A stretch of DNA of 64,000 nucleotides from Nitrospinaceae bacterium (GTDB taxonomy: Bacteria > Nitrospinota > Nitrospinia > Nitrospinales > Nitrospinaceae), in assembly GCA_965237905.1 (NCBI GenBank), contig OZ250172.1:1056001-1120000 (forward strand), read 5' to 3'. Each line of letters starts with the position of its first letter. Positions within the stretch are counted from its first letter, which is position 1. A model generated the notes under the pieces. That model was not told where the DNA came from, searched no databases, and was given only the letters and a program-made list of their open reading frames with translations. Positions 35,988-46,098 of the stretch are shown here, in pieces. The translations under genes and the position numbers were made by a program.

Positions 35988-38096
35988 ATGGAAACTTTGT
36001 TGTCAATTGACATGCGAAATCGCGGACCCCGCCTGCGCACCTGCTTTGTCGGATTCAGCTACCTGCTCGCGGCTTTGGGGATAGCCTGTCTGATTTTCGG
36101 AGCGGTGATTCCCTTGGCGGCCGGAATCCTGTTTTTGACAGCTCTGATGGTGTGTTTCACACTGGAAACGTATCAAAAAATTCCGATCCACCCTCCAATC
36201 CGATTTTCCATTTGGTTGACAGGTCTGGTGATTTTACCCCTGATTTACTTTATATGGAAACCCCCGATTCTGGATCTCACGGTTTGGTTTCTGATCTTTA
36301 TCCTGCTCACCCGTTTTGTGTTCAAATCCGAACTCAATGATTATCTTTACGGTTATTTGATCTCAATCGTCTGCCTGCTGATTGGAGCCCTATTCATTCA
36401 GGACATAGTTTTCGGCCTGCTATTCCTGTCGTTTTATCTCGTGTTGTGCTGGTGTTTGATATTTTACAACATGATGGTGGAGCGGGTGGGAACCCATTGC
36501 CCGCCATCAGGTTTTCGCCAAACTGGAGAACATGAAGCCACCGGTTTTTCTTTGTTCGCTCTGTCCGCAGCTATGATTCTGGCCAGCTTTTTATTGACTG
36601 CTGTTATTTTCGTCAGTTTTCCACGATTGGGACTGGGATTTCTGGCGTTGGATTCCGGTGGGGGGCCGGTCAGCGGGTTTTCCAACCGGGTGGAACTGGG
36701 AGAGGTGGGCCGCATCAAACAAAACGACAGTGTGGTCATGCGGGTGGAATTTCGCAAAAATGGCGAGGTCTACCGTCCCCCCTCCAGGATTCTTTGGAGG
36801 GGCGTGAATCTGGATTACTATGACGGCAAAACCTGGTTCTCCACCATGCCGACGGCTTGGCAGGCATTCAACACTCAGGGGCGGGGGGCACGATTGTTCA
36901 CGGTTCCGGCACCCAAGGAAATAGTCGTCCAGGACATTTATATGGAATCTTTCAATTCACCGGTGGTATTCACCTACGGAATACCCCTTGAAATTGAGGG
37001 AACCTTCAAGAAACTTCAAATGGATCAGGGGTATTCCCTGCAAACCCTGGACAGGCACACCGGTCCCAGACGGTACACCGTCATCGCCGATATTGGAAAT
37101 CCCAAAACCAACTACCCCCATCCCACCCACTTCAATGTGCGCAATATTTATCCGAACCGGTTTCTGCAATTACCGAAGAACAGCCCCAGGACCCTCAAGC
37201 TGGCCCGGGATTTAGTGGATGCGTCCGACTCCGAAGCCGTCAAGGCGCACAAAATTCTTAAATATTTGAAGAACAATTACGGATATTCGCTGGACATGGA
37301 GCGCAAAACCCATAAATCGGCATTGGATGAATTTTTATTCGTGCGCAAGGAAGGCCACTGCGAGTATTTCGCCTCGGCTATGGCAGTGCTCTTGCGGTTG
37401 AACGGGATACCCTCGCGGATCATCAACGGTTTTGCCGGTACAGAATGGAACGATCTGGGACAATACATGGTAGTCCGTCAGACTCATGCTCACTCCTGGG
37501 TGGAGACGTATATTCCGGGCCTGGGCTGGAAGGTCTACGATCCCACTCCCCCCGATCCCACAGCTGTCCCTGATTCGCCCAATATGCTGGCTCGCAGGCT
37601 TGATCTCATGCGTCTTTATTGGCAGAGGTATGTCATTCGATATTCCATGCAGGACCAGGTGCAACTGGTGGATTACTTCAGCCAGGAAACTCAGGATTTT
37701 AAAGACCGGTGGAAAAATTGGAAGACTCCCAGTTTTAAGGAAATGCTGAGCACCCTCCAAAACCACCCTTGGGTGCTGTTTTTGATTGTGGCAGGATTTC
37801 TAGGGTGGCGATTTGCTTCCAAAAAATACCAGTGGCAAGGAACCCCCTGGACACCCCGATTGCCCTTCGCGGTTCAAATGTACCATCAAATGCTGAAGCG
37901 TCTGGAGTCCCAGGGAATCTTCAAACCCAATAACGCAACACACCTGGAGTTTCTGAATACGCTGACCGGCCTGCCCCCGGAACAACGGGAAGCCATAGAG
38001 TCCATCACGCGGTTCTACGAACAGAACCGCTTCGGTAACCTCCCCTTCTCATCCGGTGAGCAACACCACATCAAATCCCTGATCCGGCAAATTTAA
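35988..38096 (+). CDS. TgpA-type transglutaminase-like membrane protein (DUF3488 + TGase + DUF4129)
   Basis: GHCEYFASA, HAHSWVE and YDPTP catalytic triad motifs. Confidence 0.92.
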   Translation: METLLSIDMRNRGPRLRTCFVGFSYLLAALGIACLIFGAVIPLAAGILFLTALMVCFTLETYQKIPIHPPIRFSIWLTGLVILPLIYFIWKPPILDLTVWFLIFILLTRFVFKSELNDYLYGYLISIVCLLIGALFIQDIVFGLLFLSFYLVLCWCLIFYNMMVERVGTHCPPSGFRQTGEHEATGFSLFALSAAMILASFLLTAVIFVSFPRLGLGFLALDSGGGPVSGFSNRVELGEVGRIKQNDSVVMRVEFRKNGEVYRPPSRILWRGVNLDYYDGKTWFSTMPTAWQAFNTQGRGARLFTVPAPKEIVVQDIYMESFNSPVVFTYGIPLEIEGTFKKLQMDQGYSLQTLDRHTGPRRYTVIADIGNPKTNYPHPTHFNVRNIYPNRFLQLPKNSPRTLKLARDLVDASDSEAVKAHKILKYLKNNYGYSLDMERKTHKSALDEFLFVRKEGHCEYFASAMAVLLRLNGIPSRIINGFAGTEWNDLGQYMVVRQTHAHSWVETYIPGLGWKVYDPTPPDPTAVPDSPNMLARRLDLMRLYWQRYVIRYSMQDQVQLVDYFSQETQDFKDRWKNWKTPSFKEMLSTLQNHPWVLFLIVAGFLGWRFASKKYQWQGTPWTPRLPFAVQMYHQMLKRLESQGIFKPNNATHLEFLNTLTGLPPEQREAIESITRFYEQNRFGNLPFSSGEQHHIKSLIRQI

Positions 38097-38224
38097 ATTA
38101 TTCCCCAACGCCTGCAAAAACTTTGTCAGGAGTCGGCTGGCTTTGCGACCTTTTATTGACAACCTGTGGGCGGAAATATATATTCGCAAACTTGAGACCG
38201 TTGTTCATCCATTGGGAGAAACAC

Positions 38225-38845
38225 ATGCCGCGCTTGCCGGCTTTTTTTATCAGCCTTGGACTGTTCCTGACTTTTACCTCAAATGTTTATGCCGAAGGTA
38301 GTGGTATCTATATCGGAGGCATTGCCGGCACAAGCCTTCGGTCGGATAGCCTCCTTTCGAGCCCGAGCCTGGGAACCCAAACGATGGAATTTCACCCGGG
38401 ATACACATTCGGTGGATTTGTTGGGTACGATTTCGGAAACAACTTTCGGATGGAAGGGGAACTTTCCTACCGCGAAAATGAAATCCGTACCGGCGGCGGG
38501 AAAGACCCCCAGGCCGCAACCTCGACCATGATGTTCAATGGATTTTATGATGTGCCCTCTAAAACACGCTTGAAGCTTTATTTTGGGGGCGGTCTCGGTG
38601 TGGCGACCGCACAACTGGAAACGATTTCGCTGGGCCAGGCGATTGACACCAATGAAACGCTGTTCGCTTACCAATTGGAAGCGGGTATCGGCTGGAACTA
38701 CAATCCCAAGGTAACCTTCAGCTTAGGGTACCGATTCTTCGACGCGGCCAACCCGGAATTTGTATTGCCCGCAGGGCAACGGGTTCGGATGCAACTGGAA
38801 ACTCACGAACTCATTCTGAAAATGCGGTACCTGTTCAACCTTTAA
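38225..38845 (+). CDS. Outer-membrane 8-stranded beta-barrel protein
   Basis: Signal peptide, GYDF..FRMEGE and LGYRF motifs. Confidence 0.85.
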   Translation: MPRLPAFFISLGLFLTFTSNVYAEGSGIYIGGIAGTSLRSDSLLSSPSLGTQTMEFHPGYTFGGFVGYDFGNNFRMEGELSYRENEIRTGGGKDPQAATSTMMFNGFYDVPSKTRLKLYFGGGLGVATAQLETISLGQAIDTNETLFAYQLEAGIGWNYNPKVTFSLGYRFFDAANPEFVLPAGQRVRMQLETHELILKMRYLFNL

Positions 38846-39006
38846 GCACCCTCCCCATCGGACTTCATCACCTACTCGATTAAACCCTTTGATTAAGGGT
38901 CCTTTAAAATATTCCAGAAACACCTGTTTTTGAATTCGGTTGCGGGGTTCCCACCGATTTGTTATTCTCCACACAATTTTAAAGGGTTCTAACTCTGGGA
39001 GGAAAT

Positions 39007-39615
39007 ATGAAATGTATTCTTGGACTGGTTGTCGGAGTTCTGGTACTTCTTTTTGCGGCACAGGTGTGGGCGCAGGTTCAACCTCAAGGTTTGTACGCTT
39101 CAGGTAACATTGGATTCGGCATTCGGCCCGATGGCGATATCAATATTTCTTCATCTCCATTCGAAAATGATCCAGCCTTTGTGATCAATGGCGCCATTGG
39201 TGTTGAGTTGAATCCCATGATCCGGATCGAAGGAGAAATAGGATTTCATTATAACACTGCGGACCAGGGCGGTTCTCCCATTAATTGGAGCTTCCGAAAC
39301 ATTAGCTTTATGGGTAACGGTTATTTCGACATTCCCACCCAATCCCCCTTAAGACCTTATGTAGGGGCTGGTTTGGGTTTAGCCCTTGTGCAATTGGAAG
39401 GTGAGTTTTTTGGTGTTGACGATTCCGATTCTGACCTGGTCGGCGCTTTTCAACTGATGGCAGGTATCGGTTTTGATATCAATCCCCAAGCCACATTAAC
39501 GTTCGGGTACCGCTATTTCATCACCACCGATCCCAGTTTTAATTCCGGCTTCGGTGCGTTCGAAACCGAATACACCAGCCACGATTTCCTGTTCGGCGCC
39601 CGCTTCCGGTTTTGA
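39007..39615 (+). CDS. Outer-membrane 8-stranded beta-barrel protein
   Basis: RPYVGAGLG, FQLMAG and a C-terminal RFRF beta-signal. Confidence 0.88.
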   Translation: MKCILGLVVGVLVLLFAAQVWAQVQPQGLYASGNIGFGIRPDGDINISSSPFENDPAFVINGAIGVELNPMIRIEGEIGFHYNTADQGGSPINWSFRNISFMGNGYFDIPTQSPLRPYVGAGLGLALVQLEGEFFGVDDSDSDLVGAFQLMAGIGFDINPQATLTFGYRYFITTDPSFNSGFGAFETEYTSHDFLFGARFRF

Positions 39616-39621
39616 GGAGCC

Positions 39622-40239
39622 ATGAAACATATTTTTGGATGGGTCATCGGCGTTCTGGTACTTCTCATTGCGGCACAGGTGTGGGCGCAGGAGCCGCAGG
39701 AGCGTACTCATAAATTATACCTTTCCGGAAATTTTGGATTCGGTGTTCGACCGGACGCCAAAGCGACCGGTTTGTCAGGAAAATTCGACAATAACCTCGC
39801 TGTGGTCCTCAATGGTGCCTTCGGTATCGAATTGGCGGAGTATTTCAGGCTCGAAGCAGAAGCCGGATTTCATACAAATGCAGCTGATCGAACCACGACG
39901 ACATTCCCAGAATACGGCTTTTCTGTGCTCAGTCTTATGGGCAATGCGTTTTTCGATATCCCCACCGGGTTGCCTCTGAGACCTTATGTGGGGGCAGGGG
40001 TCGGATTTGGCATTGCCCGCGCCAGCGAAGATATATTTGATTCATCCGATTCGGATTTAGTAGGCGCCTTCCAATTGATGGCGGGCTTGGGCTATGACAT
40101 CAGCCCAAAAGCCACGCTGACGATTGGTTACCGTTATTTCACCACCACCGACCCGGATTTTGTCCTGGCCCCCTCACAATTTTTTGAAACGGAATACACC
40201 AGCCACGATATCCTGTTCGGAGCCCGCTTCCGATTTTAA
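39622..40239 (+). CDS. Outer-membrane 8-stranded beta-barrel protein (paralog of the preceding gene)
   Basis: Near-identical strands and C-terminus (ETEYTSHD.LFGARFRF). Confidence 0.88.
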   Translation: MKHIFGWVIGVLVLLIAAQVWAQEPQERTHKLYLSGNFGFGVRPDAKATGLSGKFDNNLAVVLNGAFGIELAEYFRLEAEAGFHTNAADRTTTTFPEYGFSVLSLMGNAFFDIPTGLPLRPYVGAGVGFGIARASEDIFDSSDSDLVGAFQLMAGLGYDISPKATLTIGYRYFTTTDPDFVLAPSQFFETEYTSHDILFGARFRF

Positions 40240-40516
40240 GAGGACTCCCGCCACCGCCGGGAAGACTTTCTGCCGGAACCCAATGGTCCGGTCCTCCAAG
40301 GACTTGTCTCATTCCGCCTTATTTATTCCCTTCTTCCATTGAATTTCCACAAAAAGGACCTATATTTTTTTCATGGGTTGTAAACCCACGGGTTTTCCTT
40401 CCCGGCAGAGGTTGTAAGGGAAAACCCAGCTTTGTATCCAAATTTAAACAATCGACCGCGGGGGTCTATTTAGTCCGGCTCTGCCAAGCGGTCTTATACC
40501 GGAAAGGGGGTTACCC

Positions 40517-41620
40517 ATGAACCGGTTGATTTTCAGGATGCCGCTCCTTTTGACCTTAACCGCTATCCTTTTGTTTCACCCCACTCTTGTTCGATCCGAT
40601 CCCTCTGAGAATGCTAACGGCATTTCTGCCCGGTTAGCGGCGGATTTTGTGCACGGTGTGATTGAAGCCGGCCGCACCACCTATTCCCAGGATATTGTGG
40701 ACCGTCTCGGCAAATCCGGTTCTCTTAAAACTACCGAGAATTGGAAACGAGAAAACACCCTTCCCCTGCCGGCGCAATTTTTGATGATGTCCTCCCGCAT
40801 GTCAAATCAACGCGGGATCGGAATGCGTTACCGGTTGATGAGCCTGTGGCCAATCAATCCCAAAAATACTCCACCCTCTCAAACGGAGAAGCTCGGTTTG
40901 AAACAGGTGGCGAAAAACCCCGGCCAACCTTTTACCTGGGTCGTCCGGAAAAACGGCATCTGGTTTTACGAAGCCATCTACCCTGATAAAGCCGTGGTCG
41001 AGTCCTGCGTCTCCTGCCACAACCATCACCCGAAAAGTCCCAAAACTGATTTCAAAATCGGGGACGTCATGGGCGGAATCGTGATTGATCTTCCTTTGGG
41101 CAGGCGATCCAACAAAAAACCCAACGAACAATTTCTGTTTCCTCCGGAAGTGGTGGCAGACTATGTCCACTCCATCCTGGAGTCAAATCGGGCCGTCTAT
41201 GCCAAGCATATTGTAGATCGCCTCGAAAGCAGGGGGATTAAGTCCCCCAGCGAGAATTGGGAACAAGACAATACCCTGATGCTCCCGGCGCAGTTTTTGA
41301 TGAATACCAGCCGCCTGATTCGGGAAAAGGGGTTGGGCCTTGACTTTCAGTTGATCAGTCTTTGGCCCATCAATATGAAAAATAGCCCGGGGAGTAAGTT
41401 TGAGCAGGTAGGGCTGGAAACAGTGGATTACCATCCAATTCGGCCCTATTCCGGCCGGGTCAAAGTAGGCCGCAAACATTTTTTTCAATCCATCTACCCG
41501 GATTTGGCGGTCGCCCCGGCTTGCGTCGAATGCCATAACGCCCATCCGAAAAGCCCCAGGCGGGATTTCAAATTGCTGGATGTCATGGGGGGAATCGTCG
41601 TCACTCTGCCCCTCCGTTAG
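40517..41620 (+). CDS. Tandem DUF3365 (Tll0287-like) diheme c protein
   Basis: Two repeats of LPAQFL...SLWPIN...CxxCH...GDVMGG-like; signal peptide. Confidence 0.88.
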   Translation: MNRLIFRMPLLLTLTAILLFHPTLVRSDPSENANGISARLAADFVHGVIEAGRTTYSQDIVDRLGKSGSLKTTENWKRENTLPLPAQFLMMSSRMSNQRGIGMRYRLMSLWPINPKNTPPSQTEKLGLKQVAKNPGQPFTWVVRKNGIWFYEAIYPDKAVVESCVSCHNHHPKSPKTDFKIGDVMGGIVIDLPLGRRSNKKPNEQFLFPPEVVADYVHSILESNRAVYAKHIVDRLESRGIKSPSENWEQDNTLMLPAQFLMNTSRLIREKGLGLDFQLISLWPINMKNSPGSKFEQVGLETVDYHPIRPYSGRVKVGRKHFFQSIYPDLAVAPACVECHNAHPKSPRRDFKLLDVMGGIVVTLPLR

Positions 41621-41621
41621 G

Positions 41622-41753
41622 AACAAAAGAACCCAGGAGCCCAAAAAACTCCTGGGTTTTTTCTAAAACCGCCTGTCGAAAGGAGGATCAGGCGGTTTGT
41701 CTCAGCCGGTTGAAAAGTCCTTTAAAAGGCTCCTGCCGGATTACCTTCGTAAA
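41622..41753. repeat. Diverged direct repeat of 42539-42672 (terminator plus mlaC 3' remnant)
   Basis: The minus strand encodes FTKVIRQEPFKGLFNRLRQTA* versus FTKVIRQESFEGLLKRLKEQTA* in mlaC. Confidence 0.85.
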
Positions 41754-41866
41754 ACCAGTAATCTCCTGGAAACATCCGCCATCAAATAAATTTGCCGAAA
41801 GCCCTCATACCTGCTAGCCTATTGAATATTAAAGACTAACTTACCCATTAGTAGGGAGGGTGCTGA

Positions 41867-42523
41867 ATGAAGCGCACAGCTATTGCTCTAATCCTTGTTT
41901 TAGCGGTTCTGCAATGTTCCGACGCCGATGCCCGGTCACGGTTAAAAACTAACACTGAAGAAGGTGCAATGAACGAATACGTCTTCTTTTACGGGGGAGC
42001 GAACTCTCCTCCGAACGCCGATATTACGTTTGCTGGTTTCCCGGAATTTGAACTTCACTTGGATAACGGTCTTGTCTTTGGTGGGGGCGTTGGCACCCAG
42101 TGGCACAATTTTCGCCTTGAAGGGGAAGTAGGCTACCGCTCCAACGATGTGTCTACAGAAGATTTAGCCGGCCTTGCCGAGTGGGATTTCAGTGCCATCA
42201 GTCTTATGGTAAACGTTTATTACGACCTCGATATCGGCCTTCCCGTGATACCTTTCGGGGGAGTGGGGGGAGGCTTTGCCCAGGTAAGATCGTTCGCCAA
42301 TGATGGGATAAATTCCCCGAAAGATAACGCTACCGTTCCTGCCTATCAATTCATGGCAGGTGCTATATTTGATTTCTCTGACAGGTTCTCTATTTTCGGA
42401 GCCTACCGGTATTTCAGGACTACTAAAGCGACTATTAACGAATTATTCCTCCCTCCGTTTCAATCGTTTGAAATAGAGTTTGTCAGCCAGGAAATTACGG
42501 CTGGGATTTTCTTCCGGTTCTGA
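41867..42523 (+). CDS. Outer-membrane 8-stranded beta-barrel protein
   Basis: GGGAGG RBS, FRLEGEVGYR, AYQFMAG and terminal FRF. Confidence 0.85.
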   Translation: MKRTAIALILVLAVLQCSDADARSRLKTNTEEGAMNEYVFFYGGANSPPNADITFAGFPEFELHLDNGLVFGGGVGTQWHNFRLEGEVGYRSNDVSTEDLAGLAEWDFSAISLMVNVYYDLDIGLPVIPFGGVGGGFAQVRSFANDGINSPKDNATVPAYQFMAGAIFDFSDRFSIFGAYRYFRTTKATINELFLPPFQSFEIEFVSQEITAGIFFRF

Positions 42524-42603
42524 CGCTTTGCGGGCACAAACAAAAAAACCCAAGAGCCCAAAGGCTCCCGGGTTTTTTCTAAAACCGCCCGTCGAGGGGG
42601 GGA

Positions 42604-43302
42604 TCAGGCGGTTTGTTCTTTAAGACGTTTCAATAGTCCTTCAAAAGATTCCTGCCGGATCACTTTTGTAAACTGGAAACGGTAGTTGCGGACCATGCTG
42701 ACTCCCTGCACCAGGAAATCATACACCCGCCACTCTTTGCCAACCCGCTTCAACTTGTAATAAATGGCAATCGTCCGATCCGGGCTCACAATGTTGGTCT
42801 TGATAAAGGCGTAATCGCCTTTGACCCGCTCGCTCAGAAAATGTACCTTGCCCCCCTGGAAATTTTCGATCATGTGCATATACGATTTTTCCAAAAGCTT
42901 TTTGAACAGACCGGTGAACTGTGTCTGCTCTTTCCGGGAGCGGCTGCTCCAAACATTATCCAGAGTGTGCATGGCCATCTGCCGAAAATCGAACCGTTGC
43001 CCGATCACCTTGCGTAAAGCCAGCCTGCGTGACCGACCGTCCTTCTTCATATTCTCGTCGGTCACAATTTCCAGAACCTGATCCACTGTCAGTTTCAAAT
43101 CGGTCGCGGCTTCGGAAAATCCGAAACCCGTCGTGCCCACCGCTGCTATTTTAATCGGCTCGGATTTGGAAATTTCTTTCTGGGGGGTGTCCGCTTTGGA
43201 CGCTACCGCATTTTTGGATAAAGTCAGGGAAGGTGTGATCAGCAAAAAAGAAAATGCAATGCTCACTAAATAAAATTTTTGGTTACTTCTGTTACTTCTC
43301 AT
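42604..43302 (-). CDS. mlaC: MlaC/Ttg2D phospholipid-binding periplasmic protein
   Basis: RFDF..MA and WRVYD..V.GVSMVRNYR.QF motifs. Confidence 0.85.
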   Translation of the reverse strand: MRSNRSNQKFYLVSIAFSFLLITPSLTLSKNAVASKADTPQKEISKSEPIKIAAVGTTGFGFSEAATDLKLTVDQVLEIVTDENMKKDGRSRRLALRKVIGQRFDFRQMAMHTLDNVWSSRSRKEQTQFTGLFKKLLEKSYMHMIENFQGGKVHFLSERVKGDYAFIKTNIVSPDRTIAIYYKLKRVGKEWRVYDFLVQGVSMVRNYRFQFTKVIRQESFEGLLKRLKEQTA

Positions 43303-43341
43303 GTGGGATACTCCCTCCTCACTGCTAGGTCCTTAATCTCT

Positions 43342-43357
43342 TGCACTCTTTATGCCA
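43342..43357 (-). promoter_or_regulatory. Sigma-54 (-24/-12) promoter
   Basis: TGGCATAAAGAGTGCA (GG-N10-GC) 40 nt upstream of mlaC. Confidence 0.6.
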
Positions 43358-43755
43358 CGCGGCGCAAGTTTTAGGTCGTAACAGCGCATGTCCTTCTAAA
43401 TCAAAATAAACATTACGATAAATCATTTGGCGTATTACTAATTTAACATGGAAAAAGAAGGTAAATCAACAAAATTTCACACATTTTTGGTCCCAATAAA
43501 GGCATTTTTGTATACACCCATGCTTAACACTTGATTTTATTGACCCAGGGATTTAATATTTTTTTGATGCCCTGTCAGGGAAACATAAAGAAGAGACATA
43601 ATTGGCTCTCCTCCCAACCCGGCCCCGATAAATCCAGTTGACAGCACCCGGCGAATTGAGAATAATACACATAATTTCCGATATTTGAATGGGTTAACGG
43701 GCTCCCTTGCACGGGCCGCGCCTATTTTTTTTTAAAGGGATAAGGGATTTCTGTT

Positions 43756-44883
43756 ATGGACCGGTACTGGGAAGGATTCAAAACCCCCTTCATCTGCTTC
43801 GCAGGATTTTCCGGCGTGGGCAAAACCACCCTGCTGGAACACATGATCCGCCGCTTTAAAGAAGACCGTATCCGCGTCGGTTATTACAAGCACGACGCCC
43901 ACCGGTTCCAGATGGATAAAAAGGGCAAGGACACCCAACGCGGCGCCGAGGCGGGAGCGGGCATCGTCACCATCAATGACCCCGAACATTGCGCCGTCAT
44001 CGCCGAAAATCCCTTCAAGAAGCGCACCATCACTCACGCGCTGGAGCAGTGCGACTGCATCCTGATCGAAGGCTACAAAAAATCGCCGTTCGACAAAATC
44101 GTGTTGCTCGACGCCGACGGCAAACTGCCTATCGCCGCCGATGATCCCGGCATCAAGGCCATCATTCATCAGGGCGTGGTCGATGACACCTCGTTCACGG
44201 AGCACGGCATTCCCCTGTTCCACCGCGACGAAGCCGATCAAATCTACCAATTCGTGAAAGATCACTTTTACAACAGCACCCGCCCACTGCTCGGCGGCGT
44301 GTTCATCGGCGGACAAAGCAAACGCATGGGCCAACCCAAGTTTTCGCTTTCCTACCAGGGCCAGTCGGAAACCGAGCGCATGGTGAATATGCTCTCCAAC
44401 TTCTGTGATCAGGTTTATCTCTCAGCCCGGCAGGAACAGGATCTCAGTGCCATCGGCGGCTTGCCGCAATGCGGGCGCATCAACGACGAACATTACGGCC
44501 TCGGCCCGGTGGGCGGGCTCGCCACATTGATGGGCACCCATCCCGAAAAGGCCTGGCTGATCACCGCCTGTGACATGCCGTTCCTTCAGGACGACGCCAT
44601 CGAACGCATCGTGAGCGAGCGCGATCCGCTCCGCTACGGAACCTGCTTTCTACAGAAAGGCGGGATCGGGGTGGAGCCGATGTGCGCCATCTACGAACCC
44701 AAGTTCATCACACCCCTGTTCGAGGCCTTATCGCGCCGCGAGTTATCCCTGACGCGCATCATCAACGACCTGCCGTTCAAACACGTAACCGTGACCCCAT
44801 CCGACCGGACGCATTTCACCAACGTCAATACCCCGGAAGAATACGAAGTCGCCCGCACGCAACGCGAGCAGGAGAATAAGTAA
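43756..44883 (+). CDS. mobB-mobA: MobB-MobA fusion (molybdopterin-guanine dinucleotide biosynthesis)
   Basis: GFSGVGKTT, KHDAH and IEGYK (MobB); GGQSKRMG, GPVGG, ACDMP and NVNTPEE (MobA). Confidence 0.92.
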   Translation: MDRYWEGFKTPFICFAGFSGVGKTTLLEHMIRRFKEDRIRVGYYKHDAHRFQMDKKGKDTQRGAEAGAGIVTINDPEHCAVIAENPFKKRTITHALEQCDCILIEGYKKSPFDKIVLLDADGKLPIAADDPGIKAIIHQGVVDDTSFTEHGIPLFHRDEADQIYQFVKDHFYNSTRPLLGGVFIGGQSKRMGQPKFSLSYQGQSETERMVNMLSNFCDQVYLSARQEQDLSAIGGLPQCGRINDEHYGLGPVGGLATLMGTHPEKAWLITACDMPFLQDDAIERIVSERDPLRYGTCFLQKGGIGVEPMCAIYEPKFITPLFEALSRRELSLTRIINDLPFKHVTVTPSDRTHFTNVNTPEEYEVARTQREQENK

Positions 44884-46098
44884 ATGGCGATGATTCAGGT
44901 GAACGAGGCGCGGGAGATCATCCTCTCCAAAATAGCAACCAAGGGCGTCGAAAAAGTTCCTCTGGATGATGCCTTGGGACGCATTCTGGCCGAGGACATC
45001 GTGGCACAGCGCAGTAACCCGCCGATGGACAACTCCGCGATGGACGGTTACGCCGTCATCGCCGCCGACATCCAAACCGCGACACCCGACAATCCCGTAA
45101 AACTGGAAGTGGTGGGCAATGTCCCCGCCGGGTCGGTGGCTGAGGTCACACTGAAAAATAAACAAGCCATCCGCATCATGACCGGCGCGCCCATCCCAGA
45201 AGGAGCCGACGCGGTGTTGATGCAGGAGGACACCGATAAAAACGGCAACGGCATTCTCGCGAAAGATAAAGCCGAGACCGGCGAAAACATCCGCCTCGCC
45301 GGGGAAGACGTTAAAGTCGGCGATACCGTCATTCAGAAAGGCGTGGCCATCACCCCCTCCCAAATCGGGATGATGGCGGTGGTGGGCCGGTCCAACATCT
45401 ACGTCGGTCAGCGGCCGACAGTGGCCATCCTTTCCACCGGCGACGAAATTGTTGAACTGGACGGAAACCCGACGGGACCCTGCATCTACAACAGCAATGG
45501 CTATATGCTGGCGGCGCAGATTCGCTCCGCCGGGGGCATTCCCTGTTACCTCGGGGTCGCCAAAGATGACGAAAAAGATTTGATGGAAAAATTCGACTGG
45601 GCGCTGAAGTGCGACATCGTCGTTTCTTCCGGCGGTGTGTCGGTGGGCGATTACGATCTGGTCAAGTCCACCCTCGAAAAAATGGGAAACGACATGGCGT
45701 TCTGGAAAGTGGCGATGAAACCGGGCAAACCCCTCGCCTTCGGCAAAATCGGCGAGATACCGATTTTCGGCCTGCCGGGCAATCCCGTTTCATCCTTTGT
45801 TTCGTTCGAGCAGTTTGCGCGGCCCGCCATTAAAAAAATGATGGGCGCCAAAGAAATCCTGCCCCGGACCGTGCAGGCCAAGCTGACCCGCACGATCCAT
45901 AAAAAAACCGGTCGCCTGCATTTCATGAGCGCCGTGGTTTCGTGGGACAGCGGCGAGTACACCGTCGCCCCCGCCGAGGAACAGGGCTCGGGTGTCCTCA
46001 AATCCACCATCAACGCCAACGGCCTGCTGGTGTTTCCGCTGGAGAAAGACGAACTTAAAAACGGCGAGTTGGTGACCGTCCAACTTCTGGAGGTATGA
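44884..46098 (+). CDS. moeA: Molybdopterin molybdotransferase
   Basis: SAMDGYA, STGDE, SGGVSVG, MKPGKP and LPGNP motifs. Confidence 0.96.
   Translation: MAMIQVNEAREIILSKIATKGVEKVPLDDALGRILAEDIVAQRSNPPMDNSAMDGYAVIAADIQTATPDNPVKLEVVGNVPAGSVAEVTLKNKQAIRIMTGAPIPEGADAVLMQEDTDKNGNGILAKDKAETGENIRLAGEDVKVGDTVIQKGVAITPSQIGMMAVVGRSNIYVGQRPTVAILSTGDEIVELDGNPTGPCIYNSNGYMLAAQIRSAGGIPCYLGVAKDDEKDLMEKFDWALKCDIVVSSGGVSVGDYDLVKSTLEKMGNDMAFWKVAMKPGKPLAFGKIGEIPIFGLPGNPVSSFVSFEQFARPAIKKMMGAKEILPRTVQAKLTRTIHKKTGRLHFMSAVVSWDSGEYTVAPAEEQGSGVLKSTINANGLLVFPLEKDELKNGELVTVQLLEV

Noticed and set aside
43670..43755. Moco riboswitch or ModE box upstream of mobB-mobA
   Set aside because: No recognisable consensus; only a weak hairpin with a T run.
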